DNA from: Novosphingobium sp.
Lineage (GTDB): Bacteria > Pseudomonadota > Alphaproteobacteria > Sphingomonadales > Sphingomonadaceae
DNA length: 64,000 bases
Assembly (NCBI RefSeq): GCF_025351285.1
Contig: NZ_JANXWG010000139.1
Location: 1,549 to 65,548 of the forward strand
Direction: 5' to 3'
A model generated the notes under the pieces. The model was not told where the DNA came from. It saw only the letters and a list, made by a program, of their open reading frames with translations, and ran no database searches. The position numbers and the translations under genes are program-made. Positions 60,170-64,000 of this stretch are shown here, piece by piece; the stretch's first letter is position 1; every line of letters starts with the position of its first letter.

Positions 60170-60841
60170 ATGCCCGATTCCATCGCCTTGCATTCCAATC
60201 CCGCCGACACGCTCCACCGCCGCGGGTTGATGTTCATCCTGTCGTCTCCGTCGGGCGCGGGCAAGACCACGATTGCGCGGATGCTGCTCGACAGCGATCC
60301 CGAAATCGCGATGTCGGTTTCGGTCACCACGCGGCACCCTCGCCCCGGCGAACAGGATGGAGTGGATTACCACTTCGTCGACCAGCAGACTTTCGAACGG
60401 ATGGTGGAAGAATCAGAGTTCTACGAATGGGCCACCGTGTTTGGCCATAGCTATGGCACCCCCAAGGCGCAGATCCGCGGCGGACTGAAAGAAGGCCGCG
60501 ATTTCCTGTTCGATATCGACTGGCAAGGCACCCAGCAGCTTTACCAGAAGGCGCAGACCGACGTGGCACGGGTGTTCATCCTGCCACCCAGCCTGGTCGA
60601 ATTGAATCGCCGCCTGACCAATCGCGCCACCGACAGCGGCGAAGTGATCGCCGCCCGCATGGCGCGCGCGCAAGCCGAAATCAGCCACTGGGACGGTTAT
60701 GACTACGTGGTGATCAACGACGATGTGGACGTATGCTTCGAAAAGGTCCGCGAGATTCTCGCCGCCGAGCGCATGAAGCGCGCGCGGCAGACCGGGCTGA
60801 TCGGCTTCGTGCGCGAACTGATGCGGGGCCAGATCGCCTAG
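60170..60841 (+). CDS. gmk: Guanylate kinase
   Basis: ILSSPSGAGKTT, SVSVTTR.PRPGEQDGVDYHF, WATVFGHSYGTP, DIDWQG, VFILPPS, R.TDS.EVI..RM..A..EISHW..YDYVVINDD. Confidence 0.97.
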   Translation: MPDSIALHSNPADTLHRRGLMFILSSPSGAGKTTIARMLLDSDPEIAMSVSVTTRHPRPGEQDGVDYHFVDQQTFERMVEESEFYEWATVFGHSYGTPKAQIRGGLKEGRDFLFDIDWQGTQQLYQKAQTDVARVFILPPSLVELNRRLTNRATDSGEVIAARMARAQAEISHWDGYDYVVINDDVDVCFEKVREILAAERMKRARQTGLIGFVRELMRGQIA

Positions 60842-60844
60842 GAC

Positions 60845-61738
60845 TTAAGGCAGCCCTGCCGCCGGCATCGCGACGTCGGTTACCAGCACTTTGCCGAGCG
60901 GCTTGCGCGCGGCAGTTTCGCCATCACTGCTGGGCGCGACGAGCATGAACAGGTGTTTGCCCTCGGGCCCGCCCAGCATGCAGGCAAAGCAGTTGAGCCC
61001 GTCGGTTGCGACCACATCCAGCACCTCGCCGCCCGCTGCGATCCGCACGCATTCAGGCGCGATCGAGTTGGCGATCCAGATCGCGCCCTCGGCATCGAGC
61101 GCAATGCCATCGGGCACGCGCGGCCAGGTCGGCGCCCATTCGCGGCGACCGGTGAGGTGGCCATCGGGCGCGATGTCGAACGCGGTCAGTCGGCCAGCCA
61201 GCGTTTCGCCGACGATCAGCGTCTTTCCGTTGGGCGTGATGACCATGCCGTTCGGGAAGCTGAACCGTTCGTCGCCCGCCGCCGAGGTGACGGTTCCATC
61301 CGCCTGGACGAGCGCAATCGGCGTGGGAGGATGGTCGGCGATCACGCTTTCCACGCCGCGCGCGCGGATTTCGCTGTCGAGATCGAAGCCGAAGTTGCCG
61401 ACGTAAGCGCGGCCTTGGCTATCGACGACCATGTCGTTGGCGAGATAGTGCGCGTGCTCGCCCAGATCGGCGTGGAGTTCGAAGCGGCCATCGGGCCACT
61501 TGCGCCACACCTGCCGCAGTTCCATCCGCACCACCAGCAGCGAACCATCGGGCATCCAGCCGAGTCCCGAGGTCCGACCATCGACCTCGAGTTCGACGCG
61601 CTGTTCGCCCGCCAGCGTGACCGACAGGACCTTGTGCGCGTAGAAATCCGAGAAATAGAGCCGCCCGTTGCGCCAGCGTGGCCCCTCGCCGAAATAGATG
61701 GCGGGGGCCAGCGTGCGCAAGCGGTGCGGCATCGTCAT
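60845..61738 (-). CDS. SMP-30/gluconolactonase/LRE family protein
   Basis: FGEGPRW, LYFSD, SGLGW.PDG, NDMVVD..GRAYVGNFG, FPNGMVITP.GKTLIVGET, PDGIALDAEGAIW, FACMLGG. Confidence 0.9.
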   Translation of the reverse strand: MTMPHRLRTLAPAIYFGEGPRWRNGRLYFSDFYAHKVLSVTLAGEQRVELEVDGRTSGLGWMPDGSLLVVRMELRQVWRKWPDGRFELHADLGEHAHYLANDMVVDSQGRAYVGNFGFDLDSEIRARGVESVIADHPPTPIALVQADGTVTSAAGDERFSFPNGMVITPNGKTLIVGETLAGRLTAFDIAPDGHLTGRREWAPTWPRVPDGIALDAEGAIWIANSIAPECVRIAAGGEVLDVVATDGLNCFACMLGGPEGKHLFMLVAPSSDGETAARKPLGKVLVTDVAMPAAGLP

Positions 61739-62043
61739 TACTTTTTGCCTTCAGCCTTGTGTTCGGCCTCGACGATCGAGCCTTCGGCGAACAGGTAAGT
61801 GCGCAATTGCTTGTCGAACTTGGGATCGTGGCGGCGAATCCATTCGATCATCATCGCCGCGTGTTCCTTCTCCTCGTCGCGGTTGTGCGCGAGCAGTTGC
61901 TTGAGTTCGGGATCGGTGGCCGCTTCGACCCGCTGGTTGTACCAGTCGACCGCTTCGAGTTCCTCCATCAGCGACGAAATCGCGCGGTGCAGGTCGAGGG
62001 TTTCCTTCGACAGATTGGTTTCGTGCAGGGTTTCGCTCGACAT
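61738..62043 (-). CDS. Encapsulated-ferritin (EncFtn/Flp)-like protein lacking a C-terminal cargo-loading peptide
   Basis: HRAISSLMEELEAVDWYNQR and LAHNRDEEKEHAAM..EW.RR.D..F...LRTYLF reproduce the EncFtn ferroxidase, entry and exit residues; the protein ends at 101 aa. Confidence 0.9.
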   Translation of the reverse strand: MSSETLHETNLSKETLDLHRAISSLMEELEAVDWYNQRVEAATDPELKQLLAHNRDEEKEHAAMMIEWIRRHDPKFDKQLRTYLFAEGSIVEAEHKAEGKK

Positions 62044-62096
62044 GGTTCACCGATCTCCGTTCAGGCTGTCAGCCGCTCCCGACCGACAGTCGTCGT

Positions 62097-62121
62097 AACG
62101 CCCCGCAAACGATTTAGTGCC
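62097..62121 (-). promoter_or_regulatory. Possible EcfG/sigmaT general-stress promoter of the EncFtn-like gene
   Basis: Minus strand GGCAC-N16-CGTT, one mismatch to the GGAAC-N16/17-CGTT consensus, about 55 bp upstream of the ATG; RBS GGAGA. Confidence 0.45.
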
Positions 62122-62128
62122 CGGCCAT

Positions 62129-62935
62129 TCAGCTTCCGGACGGATCGACGAAATCGCGCGGAACCGAGGCGTTGACCACGCCGCCGTCGATCGGCAGCGC
62201 GGTTCCCACCACGTAATCGCCCGCGCGGCTGGCGAGGTAGATCGCACCGCCGGCCATGTCGAATTCGTCACCGATCCGGCCCGAGGGGATGCCTTTAGAC
62301 ACCACGTCGGCATTCTTCGCCGCGGCCTTGTTCATTTCCGAAGCAAAGGCGCCGGGCGCGATCGCAGTGCAGACGATGTTGTCCTTGATCAGTTGCACTG
62401 CCATGCGCCGGGTCAGTTGAAGGATCGCCGCCTTGGATGCGTGGTAGCTGTAGGTATCCCAGGGGTTGAGCTTCATCCCGTCGATCGAGGCGATGTTGAT
62501 CACCTTGGCCAATTGTTGCGGGCTGGCGCCGGCCTTGAGCATCGGGAACAGCTTTTGCGTCAGGAAAAACGGCGTCTTGACGTTGAGGTTCATCACCTTG
62601 TCCCAGCCGATCTCGGGGAAATCCTCGAACGGTGCGCCCCAGGCCACACCGGCGTTGTTGACGAGGATGTCGAGCTTGCTCTCGCGCTGCGCCAGGTCCT
62701 GCGCCAGCATTTCCATGCCTGCCATGCTGGAGATATCGCCCGGCAACGCGTGGCAGCGATCACCCAGTTCGTGCGCGGTTTCCTCGACCACCTGCGCCTT
62801 GCGCGCGGTGATATAGACCTTGGCGCAGCCCGCCGCGAGGTAACCCTCGGCGATCATCCGCCCGATCCCGCGCGACCCGCCGGTAACCACCGCGATGCGG
62901 CCTTCGAGGCTGAACAGCTTTGAAATATCCATCAT
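62129..62935 (-). CDS. Short-chain dehydrogenase/reductase (RhlG-like)
   Basis: VTGGSRGIGRMIA, LDILVNNAG..WGAP, W.KVMNLN, VINIASIDG, YSYHASKAA, IAPG.F.S.MN, P.GRIG, G..LPIDGG. Confidence 0.92.
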   Translation of the reverse strand: MMDISKLFSLEGRIAVVTGGSRGIGRMIAEGYLAAGCAKVYITARKAQVVEETAHELGDRCHALPGDISSMAGMEMLAQDLAQRESKLDILVNNAGVAWGAPFEDFPEIGWDKVMNLNVKTPFFLTQKLFPMLKAGASPQQLAKVINIASIDGMKLNPWDTYSYHASKAAILQLTRRMAVQLIKDNIVCTAIAPGAFASEMNKAAAKNADVVSKGIPSGRIGDEFDMAGGAIYLASRAGDYVVGTALPIDGGVVNASVPRDFVDPSGS

Positions 62936-62942
62936 CAATTCC

Positions 62943-64000
62943 TCAATAACCGCTAAGTTTGGCAACGCGATCGGTGTGGTAGAACCGGTCGCCCATGAAT
63001 TCGGACAGCGCGCGATCGCGCTTCATGTACAGCCCGATGTCGTATTCGTCGGTCATGCCTACGCCGCCGTGCATCTGCACGCCTTCGCGCACCGCCAGGT
63101 TGCAGACCTCGCCCGCCTTGGCCTTTGCCACCGAGACCATCAGGTCGGCGCGCTCGGACCCGCCATCGAGCAATTGCTGCGCCTTGATCGCCGCAGCCTG
63201 CGCGATTTCGAGTTCGGCGTAGAGGTGCGCGGCGCGGTGCTGGAGGCCCTGGAATTCGCCGATCAGCTTGCCGAACTGCTTGCGCGTCTTGAGGTAATCG
63301 GTGGTGCGATCGAACGCGCCCGAGGCCACGCCGCACTGCTCCGCCGCCGCGCCGACCCGGCCCGCGCTGAGCACCTTGTTCAGCAATGCGCGCCCGCCGT
63401 CGACTTCGCCGATCACCGCATCGCCATCCAATTCGACGTTGTCGAAGGTAACGTGACTGGCCATCGCGCTGTCGACCAACCGAACGCTGTTGTGGCTGAT
63501 CCCGGCAGCATCTTTCGGCACCGCGAACAGGGTAACGCCCGCGTCGTCATCATCCGCGCCCGATGTGCGCGCCGCCACGATCAGCATGTCGGCGCTGGCG
63601 CCGTGGACCACGAAGTCCTTCTTGCCCGACAGCCGGAAGCCGTTGCCCGCTCGCTCGGCCTTGCAGGCGATGCGTTCGGGGCGGTGTTTGGCGCCTTCGT
63701 CGATGGCGATCGCCAGCACGGTCCTGCCCTCGATCACGCCGGGCAGATAGCGCCCGCGCACGTCATCGGAAGCACCCGCCAGCGCGGTAACGCCCATGAC
63801 CGAAGTGGTCAGGAACGGCGACGGCGTGAGGTTGCGCCCGATCTCGCCAAGCACGATCCCGGCTTCGACATGGCCCATGCCCAGGCCGCCGTCGGCCTCG
63901 CTCACCAGCATGCCGGTCAGGCCCATCTCGGCGAATTTGCCCCACAATTCATGGCCGAAGCCGTCCTTGCATTCGGCATCGCGCCAGCGGCGCAACTGCT
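62943..64000 (-). CDS. Acyl-CoA dehydrogenase family protein (5' end beyond window)
   Basis: LW.KFAEMGLTGML, GFRLSG.K.FV, YLKTRKQFG..IG.FQ.LQHRAA, VQMHGGVGMTDEYDIGLYMKR. Confidence 0.92.
   Translation of the reverse strand, partial: QLRRWRDAECKDGFGHELWGKFAEMGLTGMLVSEADGGLGMGHVEAGIVLGEIGRNLTPSPFLTTSVMGVTALAGASDDVRGRYLPGVIEGRTVLAIAIDEGAKHRPERIACKAERAGNGFRLSGKKDFVVHGASADMLIVAARTSGADDDDAGVTLFAVPKDAAGISHNSVRLVDSAMASHVTFDNVELDGDAVIGEVDGGRALLNKVLSAGRVGAAAEQCGVASGAFDRTTDYLKTRKQFGKLIGEFQGLQHRAAHLYAELEIAQAAAIKAQQLLDGGSERADLMVSVAKAKAGEVCNLAVREGVQMHGGVGMTDEYDIGLYMKRDRALSEFMGDRFYHTDRVAKLSGY

Overview
A GC-rich (roughly two-thirds G+C), gene-dense alphaproteobacterial chromosome segment. Gene content and order point to Sphingomonadaceae (Novosphingobium/Sphingobium-like; this is inference). 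Main blocks: (1) the end of a thioredoxin/TPR chaperone gene, a Lon-N protein, a GT-C glycosyltransferase, an MFS transporter, a Tat-exported dienelactone hydrolase and a TonB-dependent receptor; (2) a complete protocatechuate 4,5-cleavage (lig) cluster, ligC-B-A-[vanA]-ligJ-[oxidoreductase]-ligR | ligK-U-I, with a Rieske O-demethylase spliced into the ligJAB operon and no reductase partner in the window; (3) sodC, a secreted glycoside-hydrolase/discoidin protein, a tandem PilZ protein and a divergent sulfotransferase-like/TauD-like pair; (4) clpB, an osmoprotectant ABC transporter, yqgE and DUF4197; (5) a run of exported amide/peptide hydrolases and a GNAT-nitrilase fusion; (6) isocitrate lyase with a divergent RamB/ScfR regulator, then GNAT, DUF1285, Nudix, CCA enzyme and a J-domain protein; (7) hisB-H-A-[low-GC orf]-F-E-HIT-ybgC-tolQRAB-pal; (8) sspB, gmk and an ACAD-SDR-[encapsulated-ferritin-like]-SMP30 string. 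I saw no rRNA, tRNA, CRISPR array, transposase or prophage. Two families of short palindromic intergenic repeats are present. The best novelty candidates are a tail-less, encapsulin-free EncFtn homologue coupled to an SMP-30 lactonase, vanA inside the lig operon, and the sulfotransferase-like/TauD-like pair. All assignments come from motif recognition by eye; no database searches were run.
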